Source: Nemertoderma westbladi (lineage: Eukaryota; Animalia; Xenacoelomorpha). Taken from it: a DNA stretch of 64,000 bases. Below, piece after piece: positions 46,901 through 60,200 of the stretch (position 1 is its first letter; each line of letters opens with the position of its first letter). Location of the stretch: NCBI GenBank assembly GCA_032718475.1, contig JAUCBJ010007860.1, forward strand, positions 62,001-126,000, given 5' to 3'. The notes beneath the pieces were generated by a model, which was not told where the DNA came from, ran no database searches, and saw only the letters and a program-made list of their open reading frames with translations. The position numbers and the translations under genes are program-made.

Positions 46901-48225
46901 TGTTTCTGTAAGCGTTCTTCCAGAAACTCCTGTAGAGAATACGTACGTCCAAGCTCGATGTCCTCTTCGAGGTTTTGGATTTCTCTATCAAACTGCGGCA
47001 AGGCTAGCTCTTTCACCGATTGGACCTGCTGCTGTAATTTACGTTTCTCTAGAAAATCCTGGGTTCCCTTTCCGATTTTCTGTCGGATGGCGTCAAGAGC
47101 GTTTCTGATGACACTCTCCTCGACTTCCGTGGCAGGTTGTATCGGAGTTAATCCTGGCCGGTTGTAAGGATTAAATGGCGATGTTAGATGTCCGCGTCCC
47201 AATCCGGTCAAATAGGATGGTCGAATATCCAACGAACCTACCTCAGGAACACCACCGATTAACTGCTCGGGCAACACCAAATCCTTGAACAGTGAGTATA
47301 ACTCGGGAGGATCAGTGAGACTGTTAGGATCAAGAGTTTGAGGTCTCACGGGGAAATGGGGAGGTCTGACCGAGTATTCCGGAACTCTGATCATGGGTTT
47401 ATTTAGCGATCGTTTTAGACGGGCGATCGTAGGTGATACATCGAACAGGTTTCGCTCGAAACTCCCGTAAGTATAACGCGTGAAACTGTGTTTAGCACAA
47501 CGTCTCCGCGGATGTTTATGTCTTTCCGTTTGCTGGTTAGGTCTAGGACATGAGTCACAATAATACCAAAGACGTACGTCCTGCAGAGGAAACGCGGGTG
47601 ATCGTTCACCAGTTTTGCAATACTCTTCCATTTGTTCAAAACTGTCCGGGACAACAGGCAGTGGACGATCTGCGGTAAGATACATCATGGTGAAATAGAG
47701 TCGTTTGAGTTCTACCATGGGATCGTGATGTATACCTTGAGGATATCGAGTCTCTAGGTTCTGTTGACTGGCAATATTGAGATAGGTTTCCCGCAAAAAT
47801 TCCACGTAGTCGTTGAAGTTGATACGCTTATCGGGTTCTTCAACGTTTTCTCTGTCGAGTAGGTGGCGAATAGAGTTCTCGTGTTCTATTCTCGGTTTAT
47901 CATTACGATTCCGCTGAGAATGATATTTAAATAAAACCATTTCCCTTTCAGTGTCTACATCATCGGTATCATGTAAATCGGTGGGATGGCCGGTAGTTAA
48001 GAAGTCCATATACGTACCATTGCGATTCGTATAGCGAGCGGTGAATTTTCTATAGTCCGCTTCACGCGTAAGTTGTTCCTGGGACATCGGCGGTTTGATG
48101 TAACGACCGTCGTCCTCCGTAATAGTCGGATCGGCTTCACCGCGTATCAAGCTATCCACAAACGCTTGTAAAGGTAGAGTATATCGCTCTCTAATACCAA
48201 GGTCATCTTCTATCAATTCCGTCAT
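43974..48225 (-). pseudogene. Cargo gene of element 2 (~1,400 codons): CxxC region, coiled coil, DEDD-like 3'-5' exonuclease and CCHC-like knuckles; one in-frame TGA and one frameshift
   Basis: The 647-aa and 190-aa ORFs share a frame, separated only by TGA at 46284-46282. The 190-aa and 565-aa ORFs overlap by a 1-nt shift near 45680. Exonuclease-like motifs: VVTYDNEG, LPQPVLEMLFNERIVKIGSAVYGD, FVDTQ, SIGHLAFQEYG, PLRPSLAIYTIFE. Confidence 0.7.
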
Positions 48226-49844
48226 ATCTGCTATCTGAGTTTGTTAATATCAATATAAATTAGTATTTTAGGCAAGCGGGCGTCGCTGCCTATTAGGCTT
48301 TTTGCCCCCGGACAGTGGGTTTCTCAGCGCCGATGTACCGTTGTCGCAGTGTTTACGCCAACATGTAGCAACAGCACGACAACGATAACCGGCACAAGTC
48401 CCACCACTGTCCGTCCCAAAGGCTTGAATCCACTTGAGGTTATCTCGGTAGAGTTAGGGCTATTTTACAATTGCGATTAGCTACTGTAAACACACTTTAG
48501 TAGTAACATTCACCTATAAACGCACAAGTTCCATACAATCATTACTTACTGCACACATGCATGCCATTTGTCCGTTAGTCAGTGTCTTCCAGAATGTCAC
48601 GTTATTACTATGTATCCTTGGATACTAATAGTGCGCTATGTATACTCTTATGCTACGCAATGGGACAAGCTTTTATTGTTCCTTTAACTTGCTTCTAATT
48701 CTAGCGTGGGTGTTGCCATGGTGACATTATGGAAAACTAGCGGTAGAATTAGGGCAATTCTCATGTATACAGATCTGGGATGTTATTTAATAGTAATTCT
48801 TTAATTGTCAATATCCTCTTTATGCATGATTTTATAAATTTTATCGGCTATTGACTATATGTTGGAGATTCTCGCACTCTAATACACTCAATTTGAATCT
48901 CCGCTCCCATGATCTATTAATTACTGGAATTTTGGGAATGTTATAAATTGTACAAAATGACAATTTATGAAATTCATTTGAATATGAATTTAAATTTATT
49001 CCCGTGAATTTTATTATTTGATATTAAATTGACATAAATTTTATTCCAGAGCATATCTGGGGACTCAGGATCCTTAATTCTGTAAAATAGTCCTTCTAAG
49101 AATATCGGTAAATACTGCGATATCTTAATTGACTAGAAATTTTAAAGGATCGGGATTTTACAGATTTTAACAAATATTAAATTAATATTTAGGATGGGCA
49201 CCAATTTATTCCAGAACTTGTCTGGGGACGTTAACCACTGATTCTAGAATTTGTCTTTCAAGTATATCGGTGGGTGCCACGATATCTTAATCGACTAGAA
49301 TTACAGATGGTCAAAAGTTTAACAGATTTATTTGCGATTGACGCTACTGTTAGAGGGACATCACGCTACTATATGTATTATTTGTTATAAGGTAGAAGAG
49401 CAATATCGCACGAAGCAATGTCAGTGTGAAGAGGCAAGTCGTTTCCAAGGTCTACCCAGAGCCTGGTTTAGCCGAGACACGAGGATCTGAACTTTGCATT
49501 CCTAATACTCTGCCTACCAATAATACTTAAATATAGTAGTGGCTTTATTGTACTTTAAGAAGTACGGACATGTCATCTTACTATAGTCTCGTATTTATAA
49601 TATAATACGGACAGTAAGGAAAGAGAAAATAATTACTTCTTGCCGTCGCACTAAATATATATTATAAGTAATTATGTACGTAATAAACACTAATATATTG
49701 CACTAATCTACTAAACATTCTAAAATAACATTTTACTAAATAAAATCAAATAAAAACGATTATAATAAAGTACATAATAGAGTTCGCATATAAAATGTAA
49801 TAAAATCGATAAATTAATATAGTCATACACCCACTCCAGACGTA

Positions 49845-52800
49845 TCACGTTTGGGAGTCCCTAGATGTTTGAGGTATTAGGGAGGTGGTCGTGGGAAGAG
49901 TGTCTTGTCTTCCATAGTTTCCGGAGAGTTCTCTGTCTCTTTCCAGCAAACATAAACGACCAACTGGGCGATTGAGTTGTTGCGTCTCAAAGATTATTCC
50001 GGGTTTCTTGAAGTTACGCCTCATTACGACGAGTTCTACTGAGCGCACTAGACCATCCTCCGAGATGTGCGTCTCGATGATACGACCGATCTGCCACCGT
50101 CTACGTGGGAGGTCCGGATCTACAATAAGGACCATGTCTCCGGCGCTGACATTTTCCTGCTGCGCAAACCACTTAGTTCGAAGTTGTAGCGTGGGCAGAT
50201 AATGTTTCTCAAAATGGTCAGCGAAACGACGGGATAGCAACTGCATAAGCTGCCAAGTTCGACGACAGTATTCATCTCCATCGGCAATCTCGGATTGTGG
50301 GAGCATGGCTACAGGTTTCTTAAGTAGGAAATGCGCGGGTGTTAGCGCTTCCAGGGAGTCGACACTCGATGAGACTGGCATAAGCGGTCTCTCGTTAAGA
50401 TAGGCAGCGATTTCTTCCATTAACGTCCGTAGAAGTTCGTCGGTGAGATATGCGCGGCACGGCACTATAAAGTGAAATGCGGTCTTGACACTTCGAATTA
50501 ATCTCTCCCAACTTCCTCCCCACCAAGGGGCGTCGGCGGCGTTAAAGGTCCAGCTAGACGCCGTTATCCGTAGCTGGTCATCCACCTGTCTTTGATTCCA
50601 GTCCTTTACGTAAGCCTGGATTTCGTTGTTGGCACCAATGAAGTTCGTTCCCTTGTCGGATCTCATCGTATTGCTAGTGCCGAAACGAGCGATCTGTCGT
50701 CGTAGACATAAGACGAAGCTGTTAGTAGATAGATCGTTCACCATATCGAGATGGATAGCTCTACAAGTCATGCAGACAAAGATTACACACCATCTCTTGA
50801 TTATAGTTCTAGCACGATATACTTCAATAGGGCCAAATAAATCCACACCAGTATTAGTAAAGGGTGGTTCATAAAAGCTTACTCGTTCCCTAGGTAATTC
50901 TGCCTCTCGCTGTGTTAAAGGCCTACTGAATACTTTCCTACAAGGTATGCAGTTCCTAAGAACTTGATTCAGAGCTCTACGTGGTTTATGAAAATAATAG
51001 CGGGTTCGAATCTCGCTAAGAACTCGTTCTCTACCAGCATGATACAGTTTACTGTGAACATCTACAATCATCTTGATTTGTACTTCAAGATTACTAATGA
51101 GTATAGGGAATTTAGTATCAAAAGATAATGGAGCGTTGGTAAGTCTTCCTCCAACGCGTATTAACCCATCTATCATTGTGCTAGAGAAGCGATCCCTTAA
51201 GCGCATCTGCGGATTTCTTAATAGCAGAAAATACCTATCGGAATCTTCATAGCATTGCAATAGTCTCAGTAGCTGCTTATTAGTTTCTTCATGCTCCTGG
51301 TAGCTGATCTTCTCCTTTAGAAACCGGTCTGATATCTTGTACTTAGGTAGATCTTTAATAACATGAACTTGCGCAGATGTTACCGGAGCAGGATCACTAG
51401 TGGTCTTCTTCCTGGAGTAATGATGGTGAAAACATCTCTTTAAGTATGTGACAGCTTTACAGAGACGATTCCAGGAACTGTAATGATGCAGTGCTCTCTG
51501 CAGCAGGGGTGAGATTCCTTGCGAGACGTCTGGTATCTCAGATTTCCAATTTCTATCTCTAATTTCCACAACAGATTTGTTTGTGGCGAGGGATTGTGGA
51601 TCCGAAGTATCGTTCTTGGCAGTATGTAATACAGATAGATCGATTGTCGGTTTAAATAACTTCGATTTACTTGTCCGAATTTTGGGTTTGACTTTCTCCG
51701 CTCCCTTGGCTTGTCTAATCTCAGCCGTAGTAAGGTGAGGAGGCCATTCATCCTCTTCCTTGCTTAAGAAGTCGGGTCCACCCAACCAGTCAGGGGTATC
51801 TATCAGTTCCTGTGGAGTTGCTCCTCTGGAGGCGATGTCAGCTGGGTTAATCGTACCAGGGCAATGTCTCCATTGATCTATCGTTGTGCGACTAAGAATA
51901 ATGGCCACTCTGTTAGTAACAAAGACGCTGAACTGACAGACTTCATTCGTTATATATTCCAATACAAGTAAAGCGTCGGTCCAATAAACGGTTTTCTCCA
52001 GTGGATAATCGATCTGTTCTGTTACATTCCGTCCGATAGCGGTAGCGTATAATGCTGCCTTTAACTCCGCTCGAGGAACCTTAAGCTTGTTGTTAATCAA
52101 TGCCTTAGAGGTAACCAAGGTAACTTTGATTCCATCCGGAGTTTCGACTCGCAGATATGCTATGATACCGATCCCCATATCGCTGGCATCTCCAAATACA
52201 TGGAGTTGATAGGAATACGTAGGGAGAACATGACCAAAATATGAACGGGAAATTATAAAGTTCTCGATGGCAGGTAGCGAATCCTCCCATTTCATCCATT
52301 TCTTTAATAGTTCTCCCTTGAGTGGATCGTCCCACGAGTGGTTTTCTAGCCACATTTGTTGTACTAAACTCCGAGCAATCAATATAACTGGGCTAATAAA
52401 TCCCAAGGGATCGAAATAAGTGCTCAGAATACTTAAACAAATCCGTTTGGTCCGAACTGGATTATCTCGCTGTTTTAACTGAAAAAACAGGATGTCCCGT
52501 TCTGTGTCCCATTTCAAGCCAAGCGTCTTGGTTTCCGGAAGATCATCATGTATTAAGTCGAGATCTTTTGATCCCCGGTCTTCTACAGATATTGCTTCCA
52601 GAAACTCACGGGAGTTGCTGGTGAACTTCGTCAACCGAAATCCACCTCTTTTCAAACACTCAACCGTTCCTTTCGCGACATCAATGGCTTCCTTTACTGA
52701 TGGAAGGGACTTTAAATTGTCGTCCATGTATATGTCTCGTTTGATGTTATCTATCACCTCTTTGGAGAAGGCATCCCGGTTGTCATCCGCAGTGGTACGG

Positions 52801-55800
52801 ACCACTGAACAGGCGTTTGAAGGGCTTGATATAATCCCAAAAGCCTGGATGGTCATCCAGTACTCTACCGGTGTCTGGTTGAGATCTCCTTCAGGCCACC
52901 ACAGGAATCTTAGGCTGTCTCTATCACGATCCAACGCCTTGACTTGTAGGAACATTCCTTCTATATCGGAGGCGAACGCGATGGAATATTGTCTTAATCT
53001 CAACAGTATCCCCAACAAAGATTGGAGCAAGTTGGGTCCTGGTAACAACTCGGAATTAAGGGATTGGCCCATATATAGAGCGGAGCCATCAAATACAACC
53101 CGTACTTCATGGGGTTTACCGGGTTTGGGAACATAATGATGTGTTAGATAATAAGTCCTTTCAGTTATTGGAGTTCCTTCCGGTACTCGCTCCGCATATC
53201 CCTTTGTGATAAATTTCTTCAACTGAGTCTGGTACATTTCCTTAGCTGAAGCGTTCGCCGTCAGACGTCGATGTAATTGATTGATTCTTTTCTCAGCCAA
53301 GGGTCTGTTATTTATAAATCTGGGTTCACGTTTTCGGAAGGGTAGTCCGATTTCATATCTACCTTGATCTTTTAAAAAACGTGTGGTTGTTTCCTGGATT
53401 TGCTTGGCTCTTTCTTCTTCTATCGACAGGGCTTTGTCGTATGAATTGGGTTCTACCAATTCTTGGGTAAAGAATCGTACGGCGAGTTCGTCCCGAGTTC
53501 TAGCGTTGTAGCGCTCTACCTCGTCATTAAGTTCGTCATTATAAATAGTGGATTCCGTTGGGCGAATCAATTGACATAGGTTCGTTTGGTTTTTCCAAGT
53601 TTGGTTTTCAGTAAGTAGGTCAATTGTGTTCTCTTCTTCGAAGAGTTGGTAGATGTCGTCATTATCTGAGGAGTATGGGGTTCCCTCAGTTGGTTCGTCC
53701 ACTTCGCTGTTTTCCTCTTCCCAATCACTTACCTGATCTATTTGTTCGTGTGGCATTCTCTCTTCTAAAGTTCTACGGGAAGGGCCAGTAAAGTACCAAC
53801 CTACTCTAGTTCTTACCGCATAAGTTTGCAGTGGCTGTGGTTGAGCAGGCCGTTTCTCTAATGTTTCTAGCGCCTCGTGCGCGTTTTGGCCGATAAGTAT
53901 TTGCACTCCAGGATAATCTGTCTGGAATCGAGGTATCTTAAGGTGTTGGACGCTCTCATCTTCGTCCCAATCATAAAGGTCTGCTTGAGTAGTAGCAAAG
54001 TTCTTTATAGCCACCATTTTTACTGACCTTACACCTTGTGTTCCTAACTTATCCTGGGGGGTGGACAACACACCTACATAGTAATCTGCCGTCAGGGTAG
54101 ATTTCCAAACCTGCATAATTCCTGACATATTCAATTTAGTCCGGAACTTGGGTTGTCCAGCAAAGATATCTTCGGCTAGCTCTTGATCGATGAATGTTCC
54201 TGTGCTGCCTGAGTCAAGTAGGGCGTTCACTATGTAGCTTTTGTTAATACCATGAACTCTTACCTGAACTACAGGAAATTCTCTGATTCCTACATTGGAA
54301 GTTGGAGCTTTCCAAGATGATTGTTTGGTAAAAGTAGTAGGGGGAAACTCCTCGTTGATGTCCTTTTCGTAAGTAAGTGCTCGATACACTGTGGTGTTTA
54401 TTAAATAACAGGATTCGTTGACGTCGGAGAATTCGTCAGTATAAAATCCTTCCATCTCAGACTCCTGATCAGTGTCGTTTACATCACTGAATTGGACATG
54501 TAGTTCGGACTCACTTACCTGACTCGGCTTGTCTCGTTCGAACTCACTATGTAACAAGATGTGATGTTTCGCACCACACTTTTCACACTTTATGTCGGAG
54601 TAACAGGTTCGCCGTTGGTGTCCTGGTCTGAGGCAATTATAGCATAACCGCTTGTCCCACACAACTGTACGTCTGTCTACAAGGGATTTCTTTAGAAATT
54701 CCGCACACGCACTCAAACGGTGGGTCCCGTCGCACAGCGCACAGTTAGGTTTTATGTTACTTACTTTACCTTGGGTAGTCTGATGCACTCTCGTTCTTTC
54801 TTCGGGCTTTCTTCCGCGCATTCTGCTAGGAGACTGAGGAGGGGTCTTAGTAACCTGTTCTCTCCTATTGTTGGTTCGAGCTTTGTATTTACTTACGTCC
54901 TTAGAGGTCTTGTCAATATAATAAGATCGTTCGGTGTCTTTCCCGCTGTCTTCGTCTTGGGAAGCTTGGCTTTCGCCGTCGTCAGTGTAACACACCGGTG
55001 TTACTCTCCTCCTAGAAGTAGGTTTCTCACTTACCTTATTTTCCGATGTTTTCTCTCTGGACTGCTTGATGAGTTGTAATTTGACTTCACCATCTAAGAA
55101 AGACATGAGATCAGCCATGGTAGGACTTCGTCGTTGTTGTTCATTCATGTACAACACTTTCTTGTCCCAGCGTGTACATACTCCACCCTTTGGTAAAGTA
55201 GAGACTACGGCTCCAATAACCATGGAACTCTGGTATTCGTGCGACTTACCTAACCAGTCCAGTTGTCTACAGATCTCTTGAATTTCATCGGAAAACTCTA
55301 TAATCCCACTGCTAAGGAAGTGTCGGGGGGCTACTAATTTTGCATACAAATACTTAGCTATGTTATCCTTGTTACCATACCTGATGTTTAATGTATCCCA
55401 AACTTGTCTTAATCCATCTGGATGTCCAATAAACTTTAACGCCATTAACTTGGGAGGTCCTTCCAAACACTTGATGAGGAATCTAAGTTTCTCTCCGTTA
55501 GATAGTACAGAGTTCTGTATACTATCTTTGTAATATTCGTTGAAAGGTAACCATTTCATCTCATCTCCATTGAATTTGACGATCTCTCCCACTTTGACCG
55601 CTTGGCGGGCTTCTGTTCTAGCCATCTGACGCGTAAAGCTTTCTTGGGCCATCGCGTTATTTAATATCGAATTATCGGTATACAAATTTCTCGGATCATT
55701 ATCAGGTCTATAGGGAATATCATTAATAACAGGTCTATAATCACCCTTAATAGGGTTTGCTATAGGAGTTTCAACTTCACTAGCAGTATAGATGCGTGTA

Positions 55801-58022
55801 GGCTCCACACCTTGCGCATGTAATACTTCAGACCTAACGGGTTGACACAGTGTTACAGGGGGCATTGGTATGCCTTTTTGTATATTGACTAATTTGTCGC
55901 GTTCTAGCGCGATGCTTTGCTGCACTTCTTGCAACTCTGCTCTACCTTCCCTCACTGTTCCCTTAAGTTGGTGGACAGTCTCCTGCATCTGTCCCAGCAG
56001 GAGATTCATCCCCCGCCGTCCCTCTTCCACCCACTCAACCGCCGAAGCGGGAGTCGCCAACATAGTAGCGGGCTGACGCGGGACGACGGGAGACAAATTA
56101 TTGATTTCTCTCTCCGCTATCTGGACAGGGGTATTTGCAGGGACTGTTCCACCGGGTACAGGCAGTGTAGTGCTATGTAAAGGGAATTTAGAGTTAAGCT
56201 CTGGAAGTGTAGGGGTCTCTAGCACAGAAGTGACTTTGGGAACTACAGGCCTAATTATTTCAGGTTCATCGACTATAGTAGGGAGTCTTTTGACCTGGAT
56301 AAATTGTTCCATGGGTTCTGCACTACCTAAATCTGTGCTAGTTAGCTGTCTTTTAACAGCTGGGGGCAAATCAGGCAATTTGCGACGGTAATATGTTTTT
56401 CTTCGTCTACTTAGATGGGATCTATTTCCTCCGCCTTCAGGGTCGGTAGTATCGCCTTCCTCCGAGGATGTGTACCCCTGGCGCTTGGGAGTAGATTTTC
56501 TCATCATCTGCATTTGATTAGCAGTAAACTGTTTATTTATACTGTCTTGTGTCTCTTGCAGATTCTCCAACTCCAGTTGAGCAGTCTGCTCAAATGCTCT
56601 CCTTTCTGCTTCTGCGACTGCCTTTGCCACCGCCTTTGCTGCTTTTCTTTCTGCTTCTGCATCTGCCTTTGCCACCGCCTTTGCTGCTTTTCTTTCTGCT
56701 TCTGCATCTGCAGCCGCTGCCTTTCTTTCTGCTTCTGCATCTGCCTTTGCCACCGCCTTTGCTGCTTTACTTTCTGCTTCTGCATCTGCTATAGCCGCCG
56801 CCATAGCCGCCGTTTTTTGTTCATCTATCCTTCTTTTCTTTATTTGTTCTTCTCGGACTCTAGTGAGGCGGAGTTTTTCATCACATTCAGCTTGGTTTGC
56901 AGCTAACATTTCGGCATCGATTGAGTCCAACACAAGCTTGGTTCCTTCACTATTAGGGGAAAGTCCAGACAGCCGTCTCCTCAACTCTTCGTCTCCTAGG
57001 AATCGCTGATAGTCGGACAAATAAATGTCGATAGCGTCTCTAGTTCGCGGTTTCTCGGCGGCCTCTTCGCTTTCCGCTTGAGCAAGGGTGACATCAGTTG
57101 GTTCGGTGACATCAGTTGGTTCGGTGACATCAGTTGGTTCTTCATAGGTTGATCTCTCAGCCAGCTGGGATTTCCACTGGGCTGTTTCCTGTACTTTGAG
57201 ATCTACCCGATGTAGCCAAGTTTTGACAGCAACCTGCAGCGACGTGTCCTGTCTTCTTTTGGAAGTTTCCTCAAAGGCTGAGAGGATTAGTCGAATGCGT
57301 AGGGTTCTTTCGCGTACTTGGTATAGCAGCTCTTCCTACTCTTGAGGTCCGTGAGGTTGTCGAAACAGTTGTTCTTCCAATCGCTCCAAGGATCCGAAGA
57401 ATCCCTGCACATATCCTGCTGCCGACCTCTTCCAAACAGCTGGATCCATTGTATCTTTAGCCACTCCCATCCTGTGTATATCTTCCCAAGTAGCCTCGGA
57501 CATATCCAACGGAAGTCCGAGTCCGGGAATGTTCCATTGTGATTCAACAATAGATATCAATTCTTCCCTGGCGTATCCCGCGTAATTATCTTGGGTCGCT
57601 CACTTATTCTTCGCCCAGTCGGCTTGATGTTCCTCCACCGCAATGAATATAGTAGTTAGCACTGCAGCAGGAAGAGTAAGAAGGGGGTCCGAGTAGACTG
57701 TATCAGACATCTGCACTCCATGTTCGGGAGTCAGCTCTACAGTATCCGAACTGCTGGAGCTATCGGGTCGCTGTGAAGTAGGTTCTTGACCAAGATGTTG
57801 CTGCGATAGGACAACTGCCTCCTGGTCCCGTTTTACCTGTGCCCGAGTGCCTATGATGGACCTATGGTGGACTAGCCTAGGGTCTGATACTACTGGAGGG
57901 ATGACCTTTTTTACAGTAGGAGGTGAGCCGAACTCCTTTCTTATTCGCTCCACACTCCTATCTGAATCACAAATAGTTGTATCGATCAGACTGTCTGACA
58001 GGTTTTGCTGAGTGTCAGACAT
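49845..58022 (-). CDS. BEL/Pao gag-pol of element 2 (~2,725 codons; two in-frame stops in the N-terminal part)
   Basis: Single frame from ATG 58022, with TGA at 57602-57600 and TAG at 57338-57336. Three BEL Zn knuckles (CALC.., CYNC.., CEKC..HH), LLDSGS, YMDD, FGDAS, HHCC, GVDLFGP, SDKGTNF, WERLI. Confidence 0.93.
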
Positions 58023-59379
58023 GTTTAGTTATACAGTTGAATGTCTACTACTATAGTTTCAGTTAAAGCAAGTCTGGTAATTCAGTATGACCGCAAGCCT
58101 AGCGATTTATTACCGGTACCGTTACTCGGTGTAACGTGATATATACACAATATATTAGAATACCGGTATGCTTATAATATATAAGTATTATTACAGACTA
58201 GATTTGTCACAGAGTACCGGTATATAATTTTAGCACAAATATATATATATATAGTAGGCCTATAATGAATACCGGTATACAGCTTACACTTACAGCATGT
58301 AAGTATAATTATGAACTAGAATTAATTACAGAGTACCGGTATGATTTCAGCTCAAATTTATAGAGATAAATATAATAAGCCTATAGTGAGTACCGGTATG
58401 TCAATTATTTTAGAATAATTGAATCTCTGAATATTTTAGGGCTACTTGGTTACTTTAACTTACTTTGTTACCGTTATTTAAGCAGTAGTCCAACTGATAG
58501 TGAGACCTAGTTGTTGTATGGCAGGCCTACTATTTATAAATCGTTTGAGTTGATTTATAATATTTATATACCCGTTATATGGGTTTTTGTCAATATTTGA
58601 AATAAATGTTATTATTTCTGGGGGAGTCACTACACAGAAGCTGAACGCCTCTCAGTGAAGTACTATTTATTTGACACTAAAACTGATAATTCTAATTTAC
58701 CTAAGTTACTTAATACTACAAATTACTTACGATACGGGTGAGATCAATTCTCTAATTAAACACAACAAAATATTACGTACGAAATTTTTAGGGTAATTTT
58801 ACAGGAAGTCTACAAACCAGTCCAACAAAGGGTTAGATTTCTGGTTATTACAAAGGACAGGGTACTACGGTATTTAAATAATAAGTAGTAGTAAATATAT
58901 TGTACTGTCCAGATAGGAAAATACCACCGCCTGACGACCTATAACCGTATCGCTATAGGTACTACGTTATGTATCCCGGATTGTTCCTACCCAGAAGCTA
59001 ATAGAGCTAACGAATGTGCCTATCAACCACTTTACAACACAAATATACTGCCTACACTAATTACTTCGGAAAGCACTGTACACTAAACCCTAAATTAGGT
59101 ACAAGTACCGGTATAACAAATAATCAGTAGTTAAATATACTTGAACAGTTAAAAGAACCACGGCATCTGCTGGAGTGACCGAAGCACAAAGTCGTCAGTC
59201 TTTACCTACGCCAAGCAGCCCTGATGTAGTACCGGGGTTAGTTTAACTATAACGGTATGTGTAACAAACACAATTACTGTAGGAATAAACTTGGGGACAT
59301 GAATGTTGCGAATAATCGCATAAACTCTGAATAATAAATATTACGCTACCCGTACAGAATACTCAAACAAATACAAACC

Positions 59380-59900
59380 AAAACGCTGGCAGACTACTAT
59401 CAAGCCTAAACAAACTACAGTATGTGCAGATTCTGAAACTGTTAGTTAGTATGCGTTCTAACACGGTAGTACGACTTACTCTTTAAGAGGGGATTGACCT
59501 TACCGCTTATGGCTGCCCCAACTTACTAACGGCACTTTATCAGACCAACTCTACACACGCAGCAATCCCTTCAGGCCTAAGAATAGCTAGACAACAATCC
59601 AGCCTACCAATATTTGAGTAATAACTATTACGGTACCTGAACAGACCACACAAACAAGCACAGGCTAAAACACTGGCAGACTACGATCAAGCCTAGATAA
59701 ACTACAGTATATGCAGACTCTGAAACTGTTAGTTAGTATGCGTTCTAACACGGTAGTACGACTTATTCTTTAAGAGGGGATTGACCTTACCGCATATGGC
59801 TGCCCCAACTTACTAACGGCACTTTATCAGACAAACTCTACACACGCCGTAATCTCTCCAAACTCAACAACAGTCAGACAGCAGCTCAGCCTACAATTAT
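59380..59900. repeat. ~287-bp tandem duplication in the 5' leader of element 2
   Basis: Two copies starting near 59380 and 59667, with a well-conserved ~190-bp core. Confidence 0.85.
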
Positions 59901-60200
59901 CTGAACAATCTGAGCAGGGTCACACGCCTTCTGCTCAATATTAGCCTACTAGTAAATAAAACCGACAGAAATAAGTAGGATCTCAAATAAAAATCAGGGC
60001 GGCCGTTCCCCGATTAAGTACCAAGACCTACCGGTATACAACAATCAAAATCGAATAATACTAATGTACTTGTACAGCAGTACCGGTACCGGTGATGACA
60101 GTTAGGCCTACTGACCTACAGAAGCACCGGTTCAGTTTTACCAGTCACTACGGTATTTTGCAACCTTATTGCTTACTGCAATAAGATTATAAACTGTTAC

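Noticed and set aside
43974-48225. Envelope gene
   Set aside because: No signal peptide, transmembrane helix or fusion-protein Cys pattern is visible; the motifs point to a nuclease or nucleic-acid-binding protein.
56415-56906. Cys-rich 163-aa ORF resembling a metallothionein or keratin-associated protein
   Set aside because: Antisense reading of the Ala/Lys/Glu repeat in gag.
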